From Botryllus schlosseri (taxonomy: Eukaryota): a stretch of DNA of 64,000 nucleotides. Below the pieces are notes generated by a model that saw only the letters and a program-made list of their open reading frames with translations, did not search any database and was not told the origin of the DNA. A program made the position numbers and the translations under genes. The stretch is taken from the NCBI GenBank assembly GCA_051294905.1, contig CM119386.1, forward strand, positions 9,176,001-9,240,000, given 5' to 3'. Below are positions 1 through 11,935 of this stretch, one piece after another. Positions within the stretch are counted from its first letter, which is position 1, and each line of letters opens with the position of its first letter.

Positions 1-1737
1 TCGACCGAATCTTCTATTTAAGACTTCTTGTGAGTACTGAGTAAGTGTCAGACCGTTGGCTATCTACTTCCGCTGGCAATAGTTTTCATGTCTTGGAATC
101 GCTACTTCTGCCTTCGATTGAGTAGGAATTTACGGCGATGCTTGAAATTGTTACGTGTCTTTGGCCTTCCGTGGTTGAGTGGATTTCTTACTCGACATGA
201 AGTCACGTGATGTGCTTTCTTGATGAATCGGATTGTGGTGATGACTTGTTGTAAATTGGGATTCGCAAGCGGTCGTCTGTTCAAAAGTCTAGCTAGACGA
301 CGGTAGACTACACTCATTCGTCCTCTGTGCGATCAGCTGTCGTGCGGCTGAAGTCCGATTTTGGCTTTTTGTGCCCGCAAGCTATTGCATCGCGACGGTG
401 AGAAATGACTCGATTCCGTACATGTTGTATCACGCGCTTGTCTTTATACTAGTCGTGTTGATTTGCTTTCGACAATCCTATATCGAACCCTTGCGGTATT
501 AGACTCCTTGCCGGAAAACACTCGTAGTAATCGAGAGTCACCGGACTGTACAACTGGCTATGATGCAGCTTTTTGCAATCCACGAAACCAGCCCGAAAAT
601 ACATGTATTTTATTATCAAGGCGAGATCTGTCACTTTGAATGGAAGCGATCCGCCATTTCTGACGCAAATTCGTGAATATTATATAAATGACACCGGCGT
701 GCTCGCGGAAATACGATTTCTACCTCCGTAGGTAGCAATTTCCTTTGAAAAGCGCATTATAGAACGTTCCCATTCTCCCCAATCCTGTCTTGCCATTGAT
801 CTTGGCGTTTTGATGCTAAGTTGGGAGCAACCTTTTCCGCGGCGACCGTGATAGCGATCAAATTGGCGTGAAACAACGAACAAACTCCATGCTATTAAAC
901 GTTTAATTACCTTTTCTATAACCTACAACAAACACACACGGCGAAACCTTGTGAGAAACGGCCGCACGCTTCCAGTTTTAATGGTCGGTGGCATGTATTC
1001 TGTGTTGACAGGCGCATTCCGCGGACTTTTTGTGATTTTTTTCAACTGGGATTCCGCAATCGTGCGCCTTCCGATTACTACACAGCCTTGGCGTAGAAAT
1101 CCTTCATTGTTATAGTATACGTGTCGGTTTAATGCGCTGTCAAATGCCCCAGAAATACGAACAACTTTGCCCATGTTTGTACATCGTGCTGAGGTTAAAT
1201 TTCTAGATGTGGACTGAGGCGAACGATAAAGAATTTTCATCGTGAAATAAAAGTAACTACAACATACAATTATAGCTTCAAAAGAATAGACGAACTAGCA
1301 GTTTCGTGCCCCGCATGGTATTCGGTAGCGTATGACTCCCGCATGAATTCGAACATACGTAGCTCATAATGATATGGGCTGATACATGTGATGCGTACAA
1401 TAATTATTGGCCTCACAGATCCATACCATATTTCGTTGTTTATACCGTAGAAAAACCGCGCATGGATTTGTCCATGTACCCTTACATTAATCGGAACGTT
1501 AATTATACCGTGTCGCCCACAAATACATTCCTTCGTAAGAGCGATACATCAAAATGTATACGCACATTGAGAAACGTATTTAAACCACAGCAATGGCAAC
1601 TTGTAGGTTTTCCGGTCGTGTTTATATATACAGCATTGGAAGATATGTCTCCGAGTATTTATACATGGACATTATCTACTAGTGTGCATGTCAATTGTCA
1701 ACCTCGCTATATCCGGTTAGCTTCCAGTATCCAGCTT

Positions 1738-1803
1738 CGTATCAGCAAACACCTACCACCACGATAGCGACGTATCAGCAAACACCTACCACCACGATAG
1801 CGA
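1738..1803 (+). repeat. Perfect 33-bp tandem duplication
   Basis: cgtatcagcaaacacctaccaccacgatagcga x2. Confidence 0.95.
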
Positions 1804-2419
1804 TGGCGGTACTATATGTCCTGTCCAATTGTCCTGGTGTGGGTACTGACAAAGTCGACCATACACGACACCTCGAAATATATGAAGTGCCATCTTTAGA
1901 TAGATTTAGATAGAAACTTGCATGTACGCGATTTCTCGTTGATTACACACAAATCGCCAGCTGCTGTTGAGATGATGTAAAGATCCGGTATGACTTATTA
2001 AGTCAAGTTTTTGCAACTCCTGTAACTTTTTTCACAGCTTCCGGCAGCTTCCTAAATACTCATGTTGTGTAGTATGGCGTTTTAAGCTGGTTAGAGGGAT
2101 CTTATATCGCTACTTTTTTCAACTTTTTCCCCGTTTTTTTCGTGCAACTCTTTGCTACTTTTCTCCGTTTTTTCATGAAACATATTTACAGCTTTTTTCG
2201 ACTTTTCGTGCAGACAACTTTTCACTGAAAATATTTGGCACTATATGTAAATAGTTCGCTTGATTATTCCACTGTCGTTTAAATTTGAGGTCGTCACTGA
2301 TTTGATCTACATTCAGGCTGGACCACCGAAAATTATATTTTCACTGGGTCAGTTTTATCAAGCTGTTTTACCACAGTACCTTGGATACGGGTCGATTAGA
2401 GTATCTCATACCCTAATAA

Positions 2420-2465
2420 TTCCAAGGAACTTGCCCATAAACGTTCCAAGGAACTTGCCCATAAA
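2420..2465 (+). repeat. 24-bp-period tandem duplication
   Basis: ttccaaggaacttgcccataaa at 2420 and 2444. Confidence 0.95.
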
Positions 2466-4856
2466 TGCAACTTTTTAGTGTAACGTTTGTGAAAAATAAA
2501 AGCAGCACTGCAACTTTTGTGAAGAGTAAGTACAACTTTCCACGGATTTGACTGCAGCAGAAACTTGCCCTACTTATTACCGATGCGAGGCTGTTCAGGG
2601 ACACGCACGTCGCACATTCGCACACCTCTAACTCTCTACGTCCGAAAACGTAAACACTAAACACCGTAGGAATGCGAATTTGCATATTTTGCTCACGGTA
2701 TAGTGCTGTAGCATTGTCGCCCGCTAACTTTGCGGTATATTGTAAAACAGTTGAAATGTCGGGAAAGTTGTCCGGTTTTATAATGTCAGTTGTGTCGCGA
2801 GAGTGACGACGTCGTGCATGAACTTCCGGCGCGCCCGCCTGGCGATATTCGTGGGCATTCCGCAATCACAATATATTCTTAGTTTCAATGGGTGTAGTAC
2901 GCGCTTGTGGGGCAGGTTATACATTTCCGTGTCGGCACGATGGTTTTAATTGACATTACACGCATATACGGGTCTCTGTCCGTGGCAAACTCCGGTCGAA
3001 ATATTTGAATGACGACATTGCCGTCTTACAACACGCTCGGTTCTGGCGCGCGTGTCGCTGATTTATGCGGTAATCCGTGAACAAAACCGGTTGTAGAGGC
3101 AGAATGAGCTATTCGCAGAACAGGGCAAGTAGCCAAAAGTTATTTGCGGGCGACAAATGCTAAATAATGAATGTCTTTCACGGCCAGACTGTCAACGTCA
3201 CAACTTTTTTCAATCTCCGGACACGCGATTCCAAAAATAAACCGACCGAACCATTCGAAGAAGCCGTAACCGGCAGTTTTAACGTTGCCTCAAAGTAAAC
3301 AGTTTTTTTTCGGGTGGAGAATTTCAAAGCATATCTAGTGTCGACAGTCGCGTTTCAGTTGGAAATGGTCATCCGTCCAATTTTCGTGAGGGACTTGCTT
3401 TCGGTGGGATAGTCGCGGGCGTGATTGCAATACGTGGTGACGGGCGCGAGGTCAATCTGGGGCCACGCCTGTACTGGTTATTACTAGGATATGAGACGTT
3501 CTATATTTAGCTATGCCTGAACATGGAGCGGTGTAATCTAAACGTCTACTGGACAGTACTTTTATATAATGACGTGTACAGTCACGAATAGCTTGCATGT
3601 ATTTGAAGGTAATCTTTCATTTTCGTGTGCCGCTAACTTGCATACCGCATCCCATCGTTTCTTTTGGATCCTTCCGCGTGGCGTTCTGCATGGCTGGATT
3701 CTAAACGCATGAATTCGAGTCATACATCCAATGTGACGCCACCATGCTCCTGTATATCCAGTTTATCCACACTAGGAGATAGGTGGTCGGAAAATTGCTC
3801 GACGTTATCCCGTTTGCCCATCGCGCCATCACTTCATCGCCCCTGTTATATATAGGCCAGTACCTATACCCCATTCCTATTTTATAATGTCGCCGTTCCA
3901 GCACCGCATCGAATTATTAGAAATATATTTTAACCGGATGGCAGCATGATCAATTGTTCCTTATTCAATGGTCATTGTTCGTTCATGCACCCAGTTTGGC
4001 ACAAGGCTTGTACAGTACAATGTACAATGTACATGGAAGTCCGTAATTATAACGTATGTCTGAATCTGAGTTTAATTTAATATGACACTGCTCACGTTAC
4101 GCTTTACGCTTACGTGTAAAATGCAGTCATTGCAGCAGATGTTTTTGTCACTGTAACACTGCAATCCCCCGTAGCTAGCGCTAAACCGCGCCCTGCGCAC
4201 ACCGCCCATTGGGTTTTTAGCGTTTGAAAATCAATGCAAAATGTCGATGTCGGAACACCCGATCCCTAATCATCGCAATCAAATCCGCGCTGTCGCAGGC
4301 TACATTTATCAGGCCTAAAGACGCTGATATGTGCGTGTTGCCTGGATTAGTCATACCAATGGCTGGGCTAAGTCGAAATCGAGTATCTGGGTGATCCGAT
4401 TTTAAGTCTAGCATCACCTTCAAGTCTCAGTATCCGATTATTCATGACACTTGAAAGGTTCGAATATGTATCTCTTTTACGACGCCACAAGGAACATGAT
4501 GTCAGTTACGCGTCATCCGAAATAATTTTGTTTTTCTGGACCGTGACTATTTCCCAGCGCTTTGTGATTGTGAGGGTCGATCAGTCCTTGGCAGATAAAT
4601 AATGCCGTGAATACCAGTAGCCTTGAACAATATCTTTCAAATTACTGTACTACGGCTAAAGGTTTGGAGTCTCCAACCGTGGAAATTCTGTGTTGAAACT
4701 GTATTTTTCGTTGCAAAAATAGTAATCTCATCTGAAGGCGTTTATTTTCGCGACTCGAATAGTTACAATTGATACTCGAGGGGCCCTAACTTTAACCCTA
4801 GCGTACGCAAGACATGCGTTTTTTTAACTTTGAGTAAATGTTGACTGGTTTGACAG

Positions 4857-4950
4857 TTCAAGCGCATTCTCAACCGGGAGCTGAACCACCTGTCTGAGAC
4901 GAGCAAGTCCGGGAATCAAGTTTCAGAATTCATCTCCTCGTACTATCTCG
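4857..4950 (+). CDS. PDE4: PDE4-family cAMP phosphodiesterase, UCR2 C-terminal exon (94 bp; upstream exons lie outside the window)
   Basis: tttgacag|TTC...CTC G|gtgagt; translates [31 protein letters not shown](D), matching the PDE4 UCR2 motif [27 protein letters not shown]; same 94-bp size as the vertebrate exon. Not in the ORF track. Confidence 0.96.
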
Positions 4951-4999
4951 GTGAGTGCTTTTTCGTATATGTGTCCTGACGTCACTATTGTAGGCCGCG

Positions 5000-5033
5000 G
5001 AGAGAGAGAGAGAGAGACTGACTGACTGTGTGT
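5000..5033 (+). repeat. Compound microsatellite (GA)n(CTGA)n(TG)n
   Basis: Seen directly, 50 bp downstream of the UCR2 exon donor. Confidence 0.9.
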
Positions 5034-6019
5034 ATTTCCGTCGGTTACGTTCACGCAGTGCTTGGAGTGTGCGCTCATGGGCGTTATCCGGGATGGTAAT
5101 ATGGCGACTCGGTTCGGCTATATCGCGCCACCAATCACCATCGCGCATCAGCAATGGATATGCAACACAATACCATGCGACACTTCCGCATGCGGGTTAA
5201 GGTTTTGTTTAGGGTACCTGTATATTTTGAAGCTACTGTTTGAGTAAATTGTGTTGTTATATAGTAACAGGCCCACGTATTCTTGCTAAAGTGTTGCATG
5301 CTCAAATGTCTGGTAACCATTTTCATGTCTATTGTTTTCGGGGCGAGTTCTATCACAGTAAGAGCAAACGTTCTTGAATATCTTTTTTTTTAAATGGGTG
5401 GGCGCGGAGAACAGACTCTTCACTAGGTTAAAATCTACGCCACGAACAGAGCAGGGCTATGAAGGCCTGTTAGCTACGAAAACGACGGTGACGGTGGGGT
5501 TGACTGGTCATTGTTGACTGTCAGACGTGTGCGGAATATGAGTAGGTAGCACAATTCCCTGTCTCAATCTATGCGAGTGTTTTCATTCGTTAACGGGCCA
5601 TGCCGAACCCGTTTTTGCGTGCTTCCGAAATTGAAAATAAGTGCATTTGCGCGCGAGCGTCGCTTATTTGTTTAGCTCTCCACTCCACCGCAAAATCGCT
5701 TAGTAATTAGCCGATGACGTAGAATGAAGCGAGACGAACACCGTGTTTTTGTGGTTGGTAGTACCGATCTCATGATGTCTACTTCAGCCGAACGAAACCT
5801 TATGTTAGCCGTCGTGCGATTGCGCGGCTGCAATTACGATCCGGTTGTGCTACGCTGCCCAAGATGATGTAGCGTTACAATAGCCTACATGCAAATGCCA
5901 GTACTACTTTGCAAAATTTGTTTGCGCGATTTGCTATACTCATGAAGTTCATATTTAGTTAATAGACAGCAAACCTAATCTGGTGTATAGTGGATACTTT
6001 GTTTTGGATTCGCTTATAG

Positions 6020-6731
6020 CAGGGCCGGCCAACCCGTGGCCCGCGGGCCACATGTGGCCCGCGAGAAGGTTTTGAGTGGCCCGCGAGGTAATTTCCGAAA
6101 TTTCTAATATCATCAAAAATGGATTGCACAGATTGTGAACTTGCAAGGCAAACCAAAATTTTGATTAGTCTGGCCGCAACACTTGAGATGTGATGACTAA
6201 AATATCAGTTCCGACGCATTGACAGATCCATCAGCCATTCACATATTGGTATATCTTCGTACACTAAAGCAGGATAATTTGCGATAGATTTATCAAAGGT
6301 AAAAATTTTCTTCAAGCTTGGCGCAACATGTTGTCACTCGATTTCTTGTTTTTAATATTGTTGCCCTTTTGTGAAAATGGAAGAATACCTAATGTATCAG
6401 ATTGAGTCGAACTATATTACGAGACAAAGTGTCGTTCAACATATGCGACATTGCGTTTGCGCTCGCAGTAAGACCGTCGACTATAAAACCTAGGCACGAA
6501 ATGATTGACGCATGTTGGTCGCAGCTTTCGATATCGATATGTCCATGCGCCGAATAGCCCAGTCCTCCCAAACTTAGCCCAGCGATATACAACATGCCTG
6601 CAATATAGTCAAATGACAATATTATTGACCTATGAGCTACAAAAATTTTTCGCGCTTCGCGCGGCTAGTGGCCCGCGTAATAGTTCGTCAATCGAATGTG
6701 GCCCTTTGGCTGAAAAGGTTGGCCAGCCCTG
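6020..6731. mobile_element. Non-autonomous hAT (Buster/Charlie-type) element, 712 bp
   Basis: TIRs CAGGGCCGGCCAACC / GGTTGGCCAGCCCTG (1 mismatch), perfect 8-bp TSD GCTTATAG, subterminal GGCCCGCG repeats. Confidence 0.93.
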
Positions 6732-9700
6732 GCTTATAGCTATTCGCGTTAACGTAATCGACACGCACGCGGCGAGTAGCTGGCGCTGTTGCGCAATATA
6801 TATTACGATACCCACAGTTTGATCGGCGCACCACAGTGTAACGTACAAAATTCGAGGCTATGCTGTACGCCAAGGTAGCGCGTGGGGAATAATGATCACC
6901 TGCAACGCTGGTACCGATAGCGATGATAAGAGCACGACATGTTCGCTTTTTAAAAGCCCCGGAGGCTCATTTTTTGCGTCGCGCGTACCGTGTTTACCGC
7001 GTTGACCGTCAGCTAGCATCTGGTCGGAATAAACGGCTCATATAAGTATGGTACTGCTGTAGGTTTTGAATAATGTATTCATATTGAAATATTATTGCAT
7101 TGTATATTGAATTTCTGTGCCTACAAGAAGCTCCTTTTCAAAAACTTTCGTTGTGGGTTTTGTGTTGTTGGAAAATATTCGTAAAACGAACTAAAGTAAT
7201 CTGTTCAGAAAAGTTAACTAATAATTTCACTATTCCAAAACACCGCTGGATTGCGTTGTAATGAAAAGATCGGAAGGAGTCGAAACTACTTGTTGTTTGT
7301 GGTATTCATGGTGTTTTTCGACTACAATGGTCATATACACCAGGGCGATATTCCGTATCTGCGGACTTGCAGTACGGCCGACTTCCTGGATTTTTTAAAA
7401 ATACCACTCACGCGGAACTACTTGGAGTACTTTTTCAATGGAACACCCACCTTTGCGTGGCACATTAGAATAAGAGGCGTGTATGCTTGTACAATGGAGA
7501 AAGTATCAAATTGATGGACATGTCGTAACGTGGTCCAGTAATATCGCGTGTAGACTAACTAGTACACGTGTAACTGATCAGGGCGTGCATTACTTACCCA
7601 TGCGGTGTAAAACGGCCCGCTTTCCACCAGAACAACTGCTAGGTATTTTATACGTTCGAACAATCCCCGCAACCACGCACGCGCCGTGGGGGACGCCTTT
7701 GCTTTTCTCAGCGGTGTTGAATTACCGGGCTTGTTGGCTTCTAGATTTCCATTACAAACGGCCGTGTGGGTTCCATCTCACTTGTTGTAGTGTAGGCATC
7801 GCGGCTTGCATCTGATACGGCGCGCAAAAAAGGAGACAAAGCGTCGACTAAGCCTTTGACGTCATCGGCCTCACTCCCGCGTTCGTACGCGTAACGTGAA
7901 ACAGCCGCGGTTCGCGAGTTTTTCGTGGCCAGCAGCGCGGTAATCCAAGCGGTCCATCCAGTCTTGTGGATACCCGAGGACACAGTGAAGTGAACTGACA
8001 CGCGATAGATTTTTAAAAATCGCCATATTCACACTGTCACCTGTACGTAGCCCAGGCATTGCTGTCAATTTGATGTGTTAGCTACTGTTATTTAATTTTG
8101 TTTATTAACGTTTTGTTACAACCAGATCATGTATAGACAGTGTACGGTCCTTGTTTGATGCAATCGTGATTAGAATAGTCGACTTCTAGGTCGTGTCGAT
8201 CATTCCAATCCTATATATAATACTGTGTATGCTTTTTTCTGCTGTCTTATCATGCATGGTGCAGAAGTGGGCCTTTTCAAGTTATTTCAAAACTGCTTGA
8301 AGTAAAAGTAGGTTATGGAAATTATGTAAATGAGTAGTTTGAAGAAGTTGATTGAGATTGGGCTTACCATGATTTCGTTACTGAGTTTCCGGTGACAGTT
8401 AACAAACTTGCACTCGAGTGGTTGTTTCGAGAATTCTTCCACGTGATGATTTTAATTTTTAAGGCAAAATTATACCTTGAATAGAATATTTACTTTTTAT
8501 TTTACCTGTGCCTGAGCACCAACGATGTATACTTTGACCACCACTGCCTATGAAGTTGATCCAAATCCATCCAAAATCTACTTTCTGCTTGCCCACCGAT
8601 CCATAATGTCAAGCTTCAGCGGTTTGAATTCAAAACTCATTGACAAACATGCTACCGTATATTAGCCCGGAAAGAACGGAAGTACCATGTTACTCGACAC
8701 CTCAGCCTTTTCTACGCAATATAAATAGCGAACGAAATAAGCTGCATCAGCCCACGTGAACACGGCGTCTTCCGACGAAATCGCAAGTGTCACACGGAGC
8801 TGATGCGGCTCTTTTCGCATACTCCGCGTATGTAAACCACGTGTCGGACATTTCGCGCTGACTCGGGCGCGCTGAAAACAACCTGTCGGTGCGAAAGGTG
8901 AACCGATATCGGTTATATAATTATTCCCACGTGACCGCTTCCGACTGCCGGATCGCGCCGGACTTTGCGGTTCGGATAAAGTACGGTTCGGGTCGTGTGA
9001 CGCGCGGTAGGACGCGTGAATGCGACCCGACCAGGCGGATTTGTGCGTGTTTTTTGGCGGTGACTTTTGGTCTTGTTTTTGGTAAGCCGGCGGATTGTGT
9101 GGAAATCTGGCAATTGGCGGTGTTTCGCACGGTATATTACACTTTTGTCTAAACGTTGAACCGAGCGTGCGTAATGCGTTTTTACGTTTCGTTTGTTTTC
9201 AAAGATTCACAGGCTACTAATTCGCACTTTTGGTAAGTCTTGGCTTCCACGCTGTCGGCATCGATTTTGAAACGTCCGCAAAAATAGGTTATTCCGATAT
9301 ATATCTGGCTAATGCCGGAAGCGATGTTGGTTCGTAACTGTCGAAATCGCTAAAAGTGTCTGTTTTCAACTAGAAAGAAGGGTCACTCCCAAATATGGGG
9401 ATTAGGTACGTGGTCGTAAACTATAGTTAAATATATGGTATCAATTGACAACTTGTCTTCCCAAACTTGCGTGGCGCTCGTAACTCCAGTTAGTCGCGTC
9501 TGCGGAAACTAGCTGTGTTGTCGATTGTGCGTTTTTTTTGTTCCTCTGATCAGGGGCAATTAGCTGACGATTGTTTCACAAGTTTATTCTTACCGAATAT
9601 GTCACGATGATGGATGAGCGTGACATCTCGGTATGTTTATTGCTTGCTCCAACAATGGAACAATCGGGTCGGTGCTAATGGGTATTGGCGGATTAGTGCG

Positions 9701-9945
9701 AAAACGCACGTACGCACGCGAATTTGGGTGGCCCCGCGCGTCGGGAAGAAATTGCGGTTATGACTGAAGCTGGGATTGGTCGAAGGTTAGCAGAAGGTGG
9801 GTACAGTAGACTAAAATCGATACCCTGCCGATTCGAAATTCCTGGTACTGTTCGCGGATTTGTATTGCCCGTTCCTATGGAAATATTGATGCAATCATGT
9901 ACGTTGACCACACAAACGCCGAAGTCCGGGGTGTTTGCTGTAAGA

Positions 9946-10491
9946 CAGGGGCATTAAAATTTTAGATTTATGCCCCTCCCCCTATTTTTATAAACGTTTT
10001 GAAAAATTGATAAACCGTATTTTTATTTAAAAAAAACTGGTTTATCCAGTAGCCGTCACTTTTTATGATTAAATTATACAAATATAACACACTATAAACA
10101 TGATAGTACAGTAATTAGTTATTATTACATACTCAGTTAATGAAAGATTGAGATTGTTTTTGCTCTGACACTGTCTTTATTACTGGTTTGGTGACTGATA
10201 GAGTCAGCCGCATGTCATATTTAATATCAAAGACACAGCGTCGCATTGTCTTCAGAAGTAATCGCAGGCATGACAATTTCATTAAGCTCACTGTAGGCTG
10301 TCCTTAGGTTTGCCCAAAACTATTGTTCACAAAGGTAAATCGGGTTGCCGTCCATTCTTGCAGTTAAATATCCGTATATTTCTTTTCGTTCTAGTGAAAT
10401 CAAGTCGACGTAGAGATGACAGTACTTGAAATTGTCTCATGGCCCTCAGATTGAGACTCCTGGTGTAAGATCACCGGTCCCGCTTGTACAG
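9946..10491 (-). mobile_element. Decayed hAT (Buster/ZBED5-type) remnant with transposase C-terminus
   Basis: Minus strand reads FWANLRTAYSELNEIV and LKTMRRCVFDIKYDMRLTLSVTKPVIKTVSEQKQSQS, resembling the Buster-type C-terminus; CAGGGG end at 9946; interrupted by the foldback at 10492; far end not found. Confidence 0.5.
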
Positions 10492-11107
10492 TAGGGCTGT
10501 TCAAAAATAACTTTTTTTTCCCGATTCAAGCCGGTCACCTCTTAAATCGTCAGGTTGCAGTAGAAAACCTTGCTCACCAAATTTCACTCGATTCCAACCA
10601 GTAAAGGCCTCCGCAGATCCAATTAAAAATTTTAATTTATTATGGAAAATTAAAAAAAAAAATTCCAAATTTTTCTGCCAACCCCATGAAATTGTTGAGC
10701 TGTCTTCAAAGACGTTGCAAAACAAATTTGAGTCAATTCCGACCAGTAGAAGCGGAGTTATGTGAGTTTTTCGTTGATAAATCTCGGATTATCCACCGAT
10801 CAAGGATAATCCGGGAAATATCATCGAAAAACTCACATAACTCCGCTTCTACTGGTCGGATTTGACTCAAATTTGTTTTGCAACGTCTTTGAAGACAGCT
10901 CAACAATTTGATGGGGTTGGCAGAAAAATTTGGAATTTTTTTTTTTTAATTTTCCATAGTAAATTGAAAATTTTAATTGGATCTGCGGAGGCCTTTACTG
11001 GTTGGAATCGAGTGAAATTTGGTGAACAAGGTTTTCTACTGCAACCTGACAATTTAAGAGGTGACCGGCTTGAATCGGGGAAAAAAAATTATTTTTGAAC
11101 AGCCCTA
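10492..11107. mobile_element. Foldback hAT MITE, 616 bp, with ~303-bp near-perfect inverted arms and a 9-nt loop
   Basis: TAGGGCTG...CAGCCCTA ends, perfect TSD TTGTACAG, arms 10492-10794 and 10804-11107. Confidence 0.95.
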
Positions 11108-11744
11108 TTGTACAGTGCACATGTATACACCGAAAGACGAATTATATAGGAATTCCTCGTGGCGCTAGAGCGATCCTATTTTCAAAATATGCCTGCTGTT
11201 ATCCGATGAATAATGTTGGTTGAACTCTTGTGCATGTGAAGTGAACATTGTGAACTTTGCGCGACTTAGCGTGCACTCCACACTTTCGATGCAATTCCGA
11301 CGCGAGGCAATCAATCGTCTTGGCATTCTCCGACGGATTTCTGCCTTGACGTGATATCTGGTTGTAGCGCAAATGCGCACAGGCTGACATATAAAAAGAA
11401 TACCGCTTGTGATCCAGGCAATGTCTGTCGAGCGATTAGTCGAAATGTCGACCTCTCGTAACGTTAAGAGCAGTGTTTGGTATGACGTCATGTTTTAGAC
11501 GAGTTTTACTGTCGCGGTCAGCAAGAGTGCGGATCTTGCGATGGTAACCGTGATTGGCAATTCTATTTTTGGGTCTGGCTGGGATATGATTGAGGCCGTT
11601 TGTATTGTCGGATTTTTTGTTATCTGATTACTGCGGATGAGGTCGATCTGATGAGACCGGTGTTTGGTGGCTTCGTTGTCTGATGTCATTGCGCGCGACA
11701 TCTTAAAATCTCGAAAAAGCACCTTGTATCAAAACCAGATTGGA

Positions 11745-11935
11745 CAACTAGAAAATTTTCAGTCTTTTCCAAATTAGATTAGAATTAGCTACGCATTTTT
11801 CCGAATTTGCCTAGAATTAAAATTATAGTTCGTTTTTTTCAAATTAGATTCGAACTACTGAATTCGCGAAAACTTGGAAATCAGGTTCAGATCATATATC
11901 GTCAAATGCTATTTAGCATCAGAATGGCAAGTGTC
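11745..11935 (+). repeat. Old dispersed repeat, second copy at about 23240-23415
   Basis: Shared colinear blocks gacaact..gaaaattttcagt..ttccaaatta, aaaacttggaaat and agaatggcaa.tg.ctgt. Confidence 0.6.

Noticed and set aside
1-4856. Upstream PDE4 UCR exons or a super-short first exon
   Set aside because: No LDWCLDQLE or MASNK-like coding sequence and no convincing phase-0 start exon; they must lie before the window.
6389-6619. Similar peptides here and at 50755-51150 as a conserved gene
   Set aside because: Explained by DNA-level homology of two MITE copies; no transposase or other motif.
8490-8660. Minus-strand exon-like segment ending CAG|gtaaaa
   Set aside because: No recognisable protein, no partner exons.
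10501-11098. Two near-identical ORFs on opposite strands as a gene pair
   Set aside because: Artefact of the palindromic MITE arms.
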